Origin: an uncultured Pseudobdellovibrionaceae bacterium
GTDB lineage: Bacteria; Bdellovibrionota; Bdellovibrionia; Bdellovibrionales; UBA1609
Direction of reading: 5' to 3'
Length of the DNA stretch: 64,000 nucleotides
NCBI GenBank assembly: GCA_963803705.1
Contig: CAWDNU010000001.1
Coordinates: 96,001-160,000, forward strand
Shown: piece after piece, positions 54,648 through 64,000 of the stretch
Layout: every line of letters starts with the position of its first letter
Numbering within the stretch: the first letter of the stretch is position 1
Notes under the pieces: model-generated
The model's database searches: none
Told to the model about the DNA's origin: nothing
What the model saw: only the letters and a program-made list of their open reading frames with translations
Program-made: the position numbers and the translations under genes

Positions 54648-54791
54648 AATTCCCTTTGTCCTTAGACTGTCTAGTTTTTTAAACCTAAATTACCAGAAAC
54701 TAAGTAGCAAGTTATATAAGCTGACTTTAAAGTTCTTTTTTTTACAGTCGAATTAAGTTAACTTCATTCTTTTGAATTTAGAGGGTCATCT

Positions 54792-55991
54792 ATGGAAATA
54801 CCATTACTAACCAGCTTGCTGCTACTTATTGTTTTTGCCAGGCTTATGGGGCGGTTGTTTGTTAAGTACAACCAGCCTGAAATTGTTGGCGAAATGCTAG
54901 CTGGAATTTTGTTAGGACCCACTGTATTTAATTTAATCACCGGATCTGTAGCACTTTCAGCAATTTCTGAGTTAGCAGTTTTTCTTGTTGTGCTTTCTGC
55001 TGGACTTGAAATGAACTTTAAAGATGTCATTCAAGCCTTGAAGGGAAAGGGCCTGGTTATTGCCATAATCGCATTTATTTTGCCACTAGTGCTTGGAACA
55101 TCTGTTGGACTTCTTTTTAATTATAACACCATTGTTTCCGTTTTTATCGGCTTATGCTGTTCAATTACGGCCTTACCTATAGCGGTTAAGATGCTTGAAA
55201 ATTTCGACCTGCTTAAAACAGACGTTGCAAAATATTCAGTTGCGACCGCCATAATTAACGATGTGGTCTCGCTACTAGCACTGGGTGTTTTGTTGGATCT
55301 TCCAGGTGAAAAGTCGTTTGCTTCAATTGCTTACTCTGTCGGCTTTACCGGAGGCAAGCTAGTTTTGTTAGCATCATTTATTTTACTTATTAACTACGGT
55401 TTAGAGTATGCTCAGGCTAGAGGTCTACAGATCCGCCGAACTACAGAAAAACTAATTAAAATGTTTGGTAGCGAAGCCTTATTTGGAATACTAATACTAT
55501 TTGTTTTAGTATTTGGGTCTGCCAGTGAAACTTTAGGTTTCCATTTTGTTATTGGGGCTTTTTTTGGTGCTTTATTAGTTGATAAAGACTTCTTTTTTGT
55601 CTCAACCTATCACGAGTTAGAAAGAACTTTAGGCTCGATAACTAACGGCTTTCTTGGCCCTGTATTTTTCGCCTATTTAGGTTTGGAATTTGACATTATT
55701 GAAATCGATTCTTTTGCATTCGTGATCACACTGCTCATAGCCATTTTTTTTGCGAAAACTGCATCTGGCTGGATCGGTGGTCGTCTAATAGGTCTGGACA
55801 ATATAACATCTACAAAAATCGGTTTTGTATTAAACGGTCGAGGAGTCATGGATCTGGTGATTGCCAGCGTGGCATTTAAAAGAGGCTTTATCGATCAGGG
55901 TCTGTATTCCGCACTACTAATTCTAGGTATAGTGACCACAATGATCACTCCAATTATCTATAAGAGAGTGCTTAAAACTAAATTAGCGTGA
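54792..55991 (+). CDS. Cation:proton antiporter (CPA2 family)
   Basis: QPEIVGEMLAGILLGP, IIND, GAFFG, NGRG; multiple TMs. Confidence 0.9.
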   Translation: MEIPLLTSLLLLIVFARLMGRLFVKYNQPEIVGEMLAGILLGPTVFNLITGSVALSAISELAVFLVVLSAGLEMNFKDVIQALKGKGLVIAIIAFILPLVLGTSVGLLFNYNTIVSVFIGLCCSITALPIAVKMLENFDLLKTDVAKYSVATAIINDVVSLLALGVLLDLPGEKSFASIAYSVGFTGGKLVLLASFILLINYGLEYAQARGLQIRRTTEKLIKMFGSEALFGILILFVLVFGSASETLGFHFVIGAFFGALLVDKDFFFVSTYHELERTLGSITNGFLGPVFFAYLGLEFDIIEIDSFAFVITLLIAIFFAKTASGWIGGRLIGLDNITSTKIGFVLNGRGVMDLVIASVAFKRGFIDQGLYSALLILGIVTTMITPIIYKRVLKTKLA

Positions 55992-56020
55992 TGTGGATAA
56001 ATTAATACAAGGGCTTAAAA

Positions 56021-56096
56021 TGGCTCAGATGGAGGGATTCGAACCCCCGACAGGGTGATTAACAGTCACCTGCTCTACCAGCTGAGCTACATCTGA
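56021..56096 (-). tRNA. tRNA-Asn(GTT)
   Basis: TCAGATGTAGCTCAG...GTGACTGTTAATCAC...TTCGAAT...CATCTGAGCCA. Confidence 0.96.
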
Positions 56097-56229
56097 ACTG
56101 AACAGTAATTATTAGGCCAAGCCCAGAATTAAGTCAACTTTAGTAGACATCCAAATTCGCCGAATTGTATACTTAAACGTATATTATTTTGAATTAAACT
56201 CTGTTCTTACAAATCCATAAGGGGATAAA

Positions 56230-56397
56230 ATGTTTAAAATATTTGCTTTGAATATTATTGCCGCAGTTTTTTTGACTTCATGCACACATTCTGGTCACAG
56301 TGATCATTCACACAGCAAGTCCAAGGAAAAAACTGAGGCATGCAAATTGGGTGACGCTTGCAAAGATTCAGTCAAAAAAAACTGCTGCAAAAGTTAG
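56230..56397 (+). CDS. Small His/Cys-rich lipoprotein (55 aa)
   Basis: AAGGGGA RBS; MFKIFALNIIAAVFLTSC|THSGHSDHSHSKSKEKTEACKLGDACKDSVKKNCCKS*. Below the ORF-track cutoff. Confidence 0.7.
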   Translation: MFKIFALNIIAAVFLTSCTHSGHSDHSHSKSKEKTEACKLGDACKDSVKKNCCKS

Positions 56398-56432
56398 ACC
56401 TCATTCAAATAAAATCGATGCGGCCGGAAGCC

Positions 56433-56660
56433 TTAGTTTTTAGTCCTTCCCACTGGAATTTTCATCTCTCTATAGGGACGGCCTTTAAAGCCATCTTCTT
56501 GCTTTTGTTCCCTCAGTATTGGATTCTTACCTTTGTGATGCTGGTCTAAATAATAAAGCACAGCGCCCAATGCTATAGACAAAGAAATAATTCTTAGAAT
56601 CCAAATTTTAGAGTTGAATTCATTTTTGTGTCTGTGAATTTGTTTTTCTAAGTAGTCCAT
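56433..56660 (-). CDS. Small single-TM hypothetical protein
   Basis: 75-aa ORF with AGGTGA RBS. Confidence 0.6.
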   Translation of the reverse strand: MDYLEKQIHRHKNEFNSKIWILRIISLSIALGAVLYYLDQHHKGKNPILREQKQEDGFKGRPYREMKIPVGRTKN

Positions 56661-56674
56661 TGATTCACCTATTT

Positions 56675-57400
56675 TTAATTCTCTAAGGGGTTTTTAACTC
56701 TTTCTAAAAGTTTGAACTCTTCATCTAATTTTTTATAAATTTCAGAGCTGAACTCGGTTCCACCCAACTCCATCAACAAGGGTGGTTTGTCTGGATATAT
56801 CAGAAGCCTTAGGGAATCAGGGTCTAAGTTCAAAGTCAGATAAATCAATAGCTTAATAAAATCAGTATTGGTCTGAATAAAACTGCTACTAATTGGCTTT
56901 TCTGAAATTAAATATGGGTCTTTTTGTAGAGCTTCGAAATCTAGCCGTTGATAGTCTTTATAACTTTTAGGAGGATACAAAACTCTTACAAAGAGGCCTC
57001 TGTCTTTTATGTAACCAACGTAGTCAATTTTGTAGATTCCCTCGGCAGGAGTAAGTTGAGTTAACTTATCCCTTAAGCCGTATCCTGGGCTTAGGTTTTT
57101 AAAACTTAGCTTGAAGAAAAATTTTTTCTGTCCATCATTTAGAACTGCCTCTATTTCTCTTTTGTTTTTAAAGAAAAAGAAGTCCGCTGAAACAATTTTT
57201 TCAACTTCAATTCCAGGAGCTACATTTTTAATATATGTCTTGGCGTCCAAATTTATTTTTACATTTAGCTCTTCATCGGTGATATCAGATTTGATTCGCT
57301 GTCCTTCAACCAGAGCCTTTTTTGCGAACTGCGCCACGAACATACCTGATATAAAAACAACAAAGATAATAAGCAGAATGTGATGAACTTTTATTTTCAT
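56675..57400 (-). CDS. Membrane-anchored hypothetical protein
   Basis: 241-aa ORF with N-terminal TM. Confidence 0.65.
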   Translation of the reverse strand: MKIKVHHILLIIFVVFISGMFVAQFAKKALVEGQRIKSDITDEELNVKINLDAKTYIKNVAPGIEVEKIVSADFFFFKNKREIEAVLNDGQKKFFFKLSFKNLSPGYGLRDKLTQLTPAEGIYKIDYVGYIKDRGLFVRVLYPPKSYKDYQRLDFEALQKDPYLISEKPISSSFIQTNTDFIKLLIYLTLNLDPDSLRLLIYPDKPPLLMELGGTEFSSEIYKKLDEEFKLLERVKNPLEN

Positions 57401-57541
57401 AGTATAAGTTTAGAAGACTCACCTAGCTGCGCCAAGCACAAAATCACCGAGAATCTTTAATGAATAGAAATATGTAAAAAAGTTGTTAACTTGTGCCTAG
57501 GCTTGGCCAATGCCTAAAACTAAGATTGTCGGAAAGTAAAA

Positions 57542-57618
57542 TGGCGCGCTCGGAAGGATTCGAACCTCCGACCACTTGATTCGTAGTCAAGTACTCTATC
57601 CAGCTGAGCTACGAGCGC
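57542..57618 (-). tRNA. tRNA-Arg(ACG)
   Basis: GCGCTCGTAGCTCAG...CTTGACTACGAATCAAG...TTCGAAT...CGAGCGCGCCA. Confidence 0.96.
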
Positions 57619-57797
57619 TTATGAATCTTGTTTAACAAAATCAACCCAAAATGCAAGAGAGTCTTTAAATTTCAGCAATGACATCACAGATGTTGGGTAT
57701 TAAAGGCATAAAAAAGGTTAAACTATGGGCTTATTACAGGCTTGATTTTGCTTTATTAATCTGGGACAAAACAAGCAAGCCAAAGCATTTTAAAAAC

Positions 57798-57889
57798 GGA
57801 AGAGTGGGTGAGTGGCTTAAACCAGCAGATTGCTAATCTGTCGTACGGATAAAACCGTACCGGGGGTTCGAATCCCCCCTCTTCCGCCA
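57798..57889 (+). tRNA. tRNA-Ser(GCT)
   Basis: GGAAGAG...GCAGATTGCTAATCTGT, long variable arm, TTCGAAT, CTCTTCCGCCA. Confidence 0.96.
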
Positions 57890-57942
57890 TTCCCAACCTT
57901 CGGTAAAGAATAAAGTTACCAATTACTGCACAGTTATCTAGT

Positions 57943-58066
57943 GGGCCTGTTGAAAAGTATTAGATTCTAGGCGTCCAAGCTTAAAATCGAATGAGTCGTA
58001 GTTTATCTACGTCGAATGAGATTTAAGCGAAGGCAACAACGAAGATGATGCTTTTTCAACAGGCCC
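57943..58066. mobile_element. 124-bp MITE
   Basis: 14-bp perfect TIR GGGCCTGTTGAAAA, flanked on both sides by TAGT (57939-57942 and 58067-58070); internal hairpin. Confidence 0.75.
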
Positions 58067-58087
58067 TAGTACTATTAGCTTCTAGTA

Positions 58088-59527
58088 CTAACATTTTGGT
58101 CTGGCTGCATCTTTAAATGCAAAGCCGACTATTAAACCAGTAGTCATTCCGATAGCGACTTCATAAATTATATAGCTTAAGCCCAGCTCTCTCCAGAGTG
58201 TTGTTGAAATGGCGCTAGCTAAAATCATAAATATCAAGGTCTTTGGACTTATTTGATGTCCCAATGATTTAAGGATCAGGACCGGAGCAAAGCAAGCTGA
58301 AAGTAGCCCACCAAAAATGACAACTAGTTGAAATACGGTATTCTTAGAAAACACAGCTAATCCAAGCGCAAGGGTTGAAAGTGCTAGGGTCGCCAATTTT
58401 GCCGCTGTGTAAGAATTCTTGAGTTTTGGAATTAGGTCTCGTGTTAAAGTTGCAGACGAACTTAAAATAAGTGAGTCTGCTGTAGACATAGTTGAAGCGA
58501 ACAAACCGGCTAGGATTACACCTACTAAAATATCGGGTAAAATCAATTTTGATAATAAGGGAAGCGCCATTTCATACTCGCCAACAGAAAGAAATGGCAG
58601 TAGGACTCTAGCACTTAAGCCTATGCCAATAGCCAGGGCGTAAAGTGAAATATAATATACGTAGTAGTATAGTCTAGCACGATTGATTAAATCTATTTTT
58701 TTTAAAGTCATGAACCTAATCATTACATGAGGCTGTCCTGCGACTCCCATTCCTCCTGCAAACCAACCTGCAAAAATTAACGCCAAAAACCAAAGTTGAT
58801 TACCATGCATGTCTGGCGGGAACAAAGATATATAGCCACCCGGAACATTAGCAAGAGCAACAGACCAATCGGCAAATCCACCTGACTGAGCGATTGCTGC
58901 TACTAATAAAATTGCCATAGCTAACATCATCACTAAAGCCTGTAATGCATCCGTCCAAATAGAGGCCCTGATGCCTCCCGAAAAGCAGTAGAGCGCAATA
59001 AGAATAGTTGTTGCCAGTGCTCCAAGCCAGTAATCTATATTTAAAACAGATTCTAAGGCCTTACCCGAAGACATGATTTGAGCAGATGAATAACCGACAA
59101 GGGCTATTATTGCGACTGTAGAAACAATTGCTCTAGCAGCGTTTAAAGACTGTAATGACTCTTTGTTTTTAAAATCTAGTAAGGCTTCAACATAACTTTC
59201 ATGTTTTTCTAAACCACTTTGTGCACGAAGCTTTCGATGGGTAATCTGAGACACAAAAATATCACCAGCGATTAGACCCAACATAATCCAAATTGATGAA
59301 AGTCCCCTTTCGTAAGTAAATCCAATCTGACCTATAAACATAAAGCCACTGCACCACGATGCTACTGCAGAGATTCCTACCAAAGACGGGGAAACGCTTT
59401 GCCCCGCAATTAAATAGTCTGATGTCTTTTTTTCCGCATAAAAATGGGAGGCCAAACCAACTAATAAAAAAAAGCTCAGTGAAAAAGCGAAACTAAGAGT
59501 CAACATAACTAAAAAAATATATTCCAT
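58088..59527 (-). CDS. putP: Sodium/proline (SSS family) symporter
   Basis: DYLIAG, SGFMFIG, SIWTD, GQPHVMIRFM, STADS. Confidence 0.88.
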   Translation of the reverse strand: MEYIFLVMLTLSFAFSLSFFLLVGLASHFYAEKKTSDYLIAGQSVSPSLVGISAVASWCSGFMFIGQIGFTYERGLSSIWIMLGLIAGDIFVSQITHRKLRAQSGLEKHESYVEALLDFKNKESLQSLNAARAIVSTVAIIALVGYSSAQIMSSGKALESVLNIDYWLGALATTILIALYCFSGGIRASIWTDALQALVMMLAMAILLVAAIAQSGGFADWSVALANVPGGYISLFPPDMHGNQLWFLALIFAGWFAGGMGVAGQPHVMIRFMTLKKIDLINRARLYYYVYYISLYALAIGIGLSARVLLPFLSVGEYEMALPLLSKLILPDILVGVILAGLFASTMSTADSLILSSSATLTRDLIPKLKNSYTAAKLATLALSTLALGLAVFSKNTVFQLVVIFGGLLSACFAPVLILKSLGHQISPKTLIFMILASAISTTLWRELGLSYIIYEVAIGMTTGLIVGFAFKDAARPKC

Positions 59528-59702
59528 TCAAGCAACAATAAGTAGTGGCAAAGATTCAAAGTAGTTTGTCGCCCGAAAGCTAGGGGGTAGCTAGGGGGTA
59601 GTCATGGTGTCTAAATATTGGTGAGCTGATATCTAAATTGACAAAATATTATACGATTCAATTATAAGTATTTGAAATAATTGATTTTTTTTCACTCGCC
59701 CA

Positions 59703-59719
59703 TTGGCTCTCTTTTTGCT
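59703..59719 (+). promoter_or_regulatory. Putative sigma54 -24/-12 promoter
   Basis: TTGGCTCTCTTTTTGCT (GG-N10-GC) just upstream of the M23 peptidase gene. Confidence 0.5.
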
Positions 59720-59730
59720 TTTAATGGGTT

Positions 59731-61176
59731 ATGGGCAAATACTTTGATCTGAATGTTCATATTGATAAGACTGTTAATCTAGCTCTAGCCTTGAGCTTAG
59801 GTCTATTTTTTTCGTCCAACGTAAGCTTAGCAAATGGGCGAGTTAGAAAGTGCTATATAAAAGACAATTACAATACTTACTCTGATCCAACTCGAAGAGA
59901 AGATTCAAGGGTTAACACAGAAGCTGGGCTTACCGATTGTAGAAAAGTAAATGAATCTTCATATGAGGTTGTAGTAAATGGCGAGCATCTTTATGTCCAC
60001 CCCTCAGCTATCGATATTGTTAGAACTCGGCAACTGTATTCTACTGTTCTTAGTCCTTCCGGTAGCGCATCTGAAGAAAGGTCTCGAGCAGCCAGAATGC
60101 AAATGATCAGGTTGGGTGGACCGGCTAGATTAGATAACAGTTATTCACCACCGTCGTTCACTAGAGTTGAGACTAATGTTGAAACAGCAAATTCGATTCT
60201 ACCAACATCTGGTTTAACTGTTGGTTTAACTGTAGCTAAAAGCGAGGTGCCCTCAGGGTTTGGCGCTGGTAATAGAATTACTACTTTAGAAAGCCAAAGC
60301 TGGGTCGCAGTTAGGGGTCAACCCTACCAGAGCTCTGAATTTAGTTGCCCAGCGGGCTTATCGAAAACTAGGTGTGAAAATGCCCAGGCTATTAACCAAG
60401 ATGTTGAACTTATTTTAACTGGCAAACGCGAATTCGATAGAGACAATCGAAATTGGTACGTCGAAGCAAGCTACAGCCACGAAGGTCAAAATTTCACTGG
60501 GTGGTTTGATGAAAAGCAAACTACTCTTAATCCTGGAGAGGCAGAGGTAAGACAGCAAACAGCTATCAGACATCAGGAAGCTTGGAGAAGACTAAATGAA
60601 GTTGCTAGGTCTGAAAAAAACTTTACTTTGCAACAGTCATTACTAAGTCAGCAGGCAAGAGCTGAAACTCTTGCCAGACTGCGCGTTAGAACAGAAGACT
60701 TTGAAGTGGCTAGAGATGAAAACGCTGTAAGTGCACCGGTTTGTGAGTGTAAAAGAGCAAGTGGTTGCAGGGTATCGAGCGGCTATGGTCCAAGAACAGC
60801 TTTTAGGACTACAAACGGAAGGAGATCTTCAAGTAACCACCGCGCTTGGGACATAAGTGGAGGTCAAAATACTCCAATAGTGGCTGTGAAAAGTGGTAGG
60901 GTAACCTCTGTTGGAACTAGGGGTGGCTGGGGTAAGACTATAACTATTATTGATGATAATGGGCTTGAAATAAGATATTCACATCTTGCTTCCTACAGCG
61001 TGAGAAGGGGAGAAAGGGTGCGATCCGGCGAACAAATAGGTAGAATGGGATCGACTGGTAACGTTACTGGCCCTCATTTAGATATAGGTTTTAAGTTAAA
61101 TGGAAGACATATTGATCCTGGCCAGTATCTATCTAAAAGTCGAAGTTTCTTAAATCAAAGGTGTGAGGTTATATAA
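59731..61176 (+). CDS. Secreted M23-family peptidoglycan endopeptidase with long N-terminal region
   Basis: SSGYGPR, HRAWD (HxxxD), YSHL, GSTGNVTGPHLD, IDP. Confidence 0.88.
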   Translation: MGKYFDLNVHIDKTVNLALALSLGLFFSSNVSLANGRVRKCYIKDNYNTYSDPTRREDSRVNTEAGLTDCRKVNESSYEVVVNGEHLYVHPSAIDIVRTRQLYSTVLSPSGSASEERSRAARMQMIRLGGPARLDNSYSPPSFTRVETNVETANSILPTSGLTVGLTVAKSEVPSGFGAGNRITTLESQSWVAVRGQPYQSSEFSCPAGLSKTRCENAQAINQDVELILTGKREFDRDNRNWYVEASYSHEGQNFTGWFDEKQTTLNPGEAEVRQQTAIRHQEAWRRLNEVARSEKNFTLQQSLLSQQARAETLARLRVRTEDFEVARDENAVSAPVCECKRASGCRVSSGYGPRTAFRTTNGRRSSSNHRAWDISGGQNTPIVAVKSGRVTSVGTRGGWGKTITIIDDNGLEIRYSHLASYSVRRGERVRSGEQIGRMGSTGNVTGPHLDIGFKLNGRHIDPGQYLSKSRSFLNQRCEVI

Positions 61177-61177
61177 T

Positions 61178-61537
61178 ATGAAACATGGAGTAGTGGTTTT
61201 TATTATTTTGATCAGTTCTATTTGCGCCAATGCAAAAGGAAACTCTTCAGCTTCACAGATAAAAAATAAATGTATTGAAGCCTTTAAAGAGAATATGAAG
61301 GATAAGACAAATTCCTTTTGCATTTGCTACACTTATAATATTTTGCATCTAATTTCTCCGGTTCAAACTACACCTATTTTAAAATGGTTGAATAATGAGA
61401 TGTCTGAAGCTGAACAGCTAAAGCAAGAGCCGCTTATCGACATGGAATATGAAATAACTAAGCAGTGTGCTAGCGATAAAAAATGGGTGGCGGAAAAAAT
61501 TCTTAATATGAAGAAGAAAAGATCTAAGACCAAATAA
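61178..61537 (+). CDS. Small secreted Cys-rich hypothetical protein
   Basis: Signal peptide, C...CxC...C; starts 1 nt after the M23 stop. Confidence 0.65.
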   Translation: MKHGVVVFIILISSICANAKGNSSASQIKNKCIEAFKENMKDKTNSFCICYTYNILHLISPVQTTPILKWLNNEMSEAEQLKQEPLIDMEYEITKQCASDKKWVAEKILNMKKKRSKTK

Positions 61538-61583
61538 TTTATTTAAATACGGGCCTGAACATAATAGCCAACTAAATTAAAAT

Positions 61584-63686
61584 TTAATCCAAAAGATCAA
61601 TATAATTTACGCTTAAGCGATAAGGTTCAGAGATAGAAAGTCGTTTAATGGTCTGATAAGTTTGGGTGTTATTTAGCGTTGAGGTCACAACGCCGGCAGG
61701 GACATTGGTAGCAATATACCCCCCTCCGTCGGTTAGCTGCTCTACGATATTGCCCTTTAAATTGAAATAAAAAATCTTTGTATTTTCTGTCTTAGGATAA
61801 ATATCCACAGCGTAAGCGCCTTTTTCAACCCATCCTAAAACTTGAGTTGTCCCGGGCTTCTGGTTTACTTTCTGTTGAGCCAAAACTGACTGTAGCCAAG
61901 ATTTTTTAAAATGAGGCAGTTGAACTGCGGAGCGCCTTCTACCGACAAAAAATCGGGTGGCAATGTAATCCTGACTGAGTGGTTCTACATCCATAACCAT
62001 ATTGCTTGCAGTATCAAAAAACGGAAGCGTGTTAGATTTTCTTCCACCTATATCCCAGATAGAATCTGTGCCGGGGACTGAAAGCCTAGCAGGAACAGAC
62101 TCTTTTTTACCAAAAGCATCAAATGAATAAACGCTTACATTTTTTCTAGGTGCAGTTTCTAAGTGAATAATGCTTGTATGGCCCTGTCTAACAACTACAC
62201 TTTCTAATGGAATATCTGATTGGTTTGTTTTCACAATATGTAAACCTTCAGGGGGATTTACAAAAGCAAAGAAGCCATCAGAACTTGTTGCCTGCAAGTC
62301 AGGATTTGGAATTCTATAACTAAAATACAGCGGCTGAATTTGGCTGAAACTATGAAGCGAAACTTTGACTTCCGATTTTGAATCGCCTCCATTTGAAACT
62401 CTACCCCAAATCACAGATTTGATTTTAGCTTTTTTCAGGTAAGGTTCGATAAGTTGTAAAAATGCCTTCATGTGTTTGTCCGAATGCATGACCGTTTTCA
62501 TTGGTCGACCTGCTTCAGCAATTTGTAGCGAATTCCAATATCCCTTATGAGACGCGGAAACCAAGATTTGCGATCCAGGAGCTAAAGGTAAATTATTTGC
62601 TATTTGGCCTTTTTGATTGGTTATATCAATCGATTCATTACCATCTATATATATTTCAGTGGAATCACCTACCGTAACCTCGTGATCTTCAAAACTTTCA
62701 TAAGACAAAACTTGGCCAATATTTTCTGCGTCTTCCGAGGGGAAAATCTGGATCAAATTCTTTGACTTTAAATTTAATTTTTTCTCTAAAGATAGATTAC
62801 CAATAGCTATAAGTGCACCACTGTCGTGCCTAAGTTCAATGCTTAAAGCCCCCTTAGGCTGTTTAACAGCTATAACGTACTCACCCGTCCAAGCGTTAAC
62901 TTCTCCACGCTCTTGCACCATGCCGTCATAAACACGCTGAATATAAAATTGAAAGCGCTCACCAGGATAAACTGCGCCACCGGCCAATTCAATTTGGCCC
63001 TTCAGGATGTGGGGCCTAATTCTATTAGAATCATCTTTATTTAGTGCATAGGTTGCTAAATTCTGTGGGGTCGCAGATTCGCTCCCGGCTGATGAAAGCT
63101 GTCCAATATTGTTTAAGTTTAAAAAATTAGGTAAAGCTAGGCCTGGTGCACTTGTTGGTAAGTCTTCAGATGCCACGACACCTTGGGTGCTAACTGGTGC
63201 TCCGATCTCAAAATCAACACCGTCAACTTTAATTTTTTTATTATTACTAAGGTTTCTAGGCAGATTCGAAAAATCTTGTGCTTGTTTCAAAGGCTGTAAA
63301 GGTTCAGAAGGCTGTAATGAAATTGTATTTACATCAAATGAATTCTCTAAAAACTCTATAGCTTTAGAGGTCACCGTCTGACTGACTGACTTTGTGATTG
63401 AAACTATAGATACAGCTTCAGACTTTTTTATTTTAAAAGCATTTAATTTAACAACCCTAAGTTCTGAGACACCAGATTTAATCGGCACTAGGTTTGTTTT
63501 AAATGTGCTAATAATCTGGTCACTGCTTGTTTTTATATCAAAGGAATCTTCTAGTGCTGCGAACGCAGGCGAGAATTTTTGAACAAAAATTTTGATGGGT
63601 TTTTGAACACCTTTGAACTCAACATCAGAGTGTTTTCAGAGATAAATATTAATAGATGGAAAAATAAGCCCTAGGCTAATTTTCAT
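61584..63686 (-). CDS. Large secreted beta-rich hypothetical protein (5' end frameshifted)
   Basis: 634-aa ORF; likely true ATG at 63686 (MKISLGLIF...) in another frame; carboxypeptidase-regulatory-like repeats (IWGRV, TSSDGFFAFVN). Confidence 0.6.
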
Positions 63687-63738
63687 GACGTTAATCTCTT
63701 TTGCAAAATCGTTGATTACTCACCTACAAACAGTGTGC

Positions 63739-64000
63739 CTAAAAGACCTTGAAGTCGTCAACCAAGTTGGAATCATCTCGACGTTTATTTAGGTAGGCCT
63801 TTAGCCTAGCCAGAATAATCTTGGCTATCCTTTCGTCATATCCAATCACTGTATAATCTCTTTTGAATTGAGTTGGCGATTCCGCCTCTTCGACGGCAAC
63901 GATCACCTCAATAGTATAAGGTCTTTTATTTCCCCTAATGTATATAAGAGCATACGCTCTTTGGAGTTCATTGGTTGCTTCCTTAATTTTCGTTCCATAT
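63739..64000 (-). CDS. Hypothetical protein, C-terminal part
   Basis: Open frame ...RAYALIYIRGNKRPYTIEVIV...RRDDSNLVDDFKVF* entering from the window edge. Confidence 0.65.
   Translation of the reverse strand, partial: YGTKIKEATNELQRAYALIYIRGNKRPYTIEVIVAVEEAESPTQFKRDYTVIGYDERIAKIILARLKAYLNKRRDDSNLVDDFKVF

Noticed and set aside
55992..59600. tRNA-anchored genomic island or prophage
   Set aside because: No integrase, no phage genes and no duplicated tRNA 3' end seen in the window.

Overview
This is an AT-rich bacterial chromosomal segment, most likely from a predatory Bdellovibrionota (Bdellovibrio-like) genome. That call rests on gene content and order: a Tad/type IVb pilus cluster with a TadZ-TadA fusion followed by a YD/RHS-repeat protein and a small secreted protein (the arrangement of the B. 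bacteriovorus 'hit' locus), plus sufBCDS-nfu, tolQRAB-glnE, mdh-sucCD-ndk, pilW-rodZ, groES-groEL-cheY and four tRNAs. Several conserved genes at ~17.6-27.3 kb, as well as groEL and the gene at ~63.5 kb, are broken by single-base indels that look like assembly errors. I found no CRISPR array, transposase, integrase, reverse transcriptase, prophage or rRNA. The least explained features are non-coding or absent from the ORF track. (i) A family of ~60-bp palindromic REP-like elements has 3 copies; one has an arm amplified into 13 perfect 12-bp tandem copies inside the Tad operon. (ii) A 227-bp element with 55-bp inverted arms sits next to the hit-like gene. (iii) A 124-bp MITE carries a target-site duplication. 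(iv) There is a histone H1-like Lys/Ala/Thr microprotein and (v) a His/Cys-rich 55-aa lipoprotein. (vi) Sigma28-type promoters precede pilus and secreted-protein genes, and (vii) a separate tadB/tadC-like + Ser/Thr kinase module is present. All calls are made by eye from motifs, without database searches.
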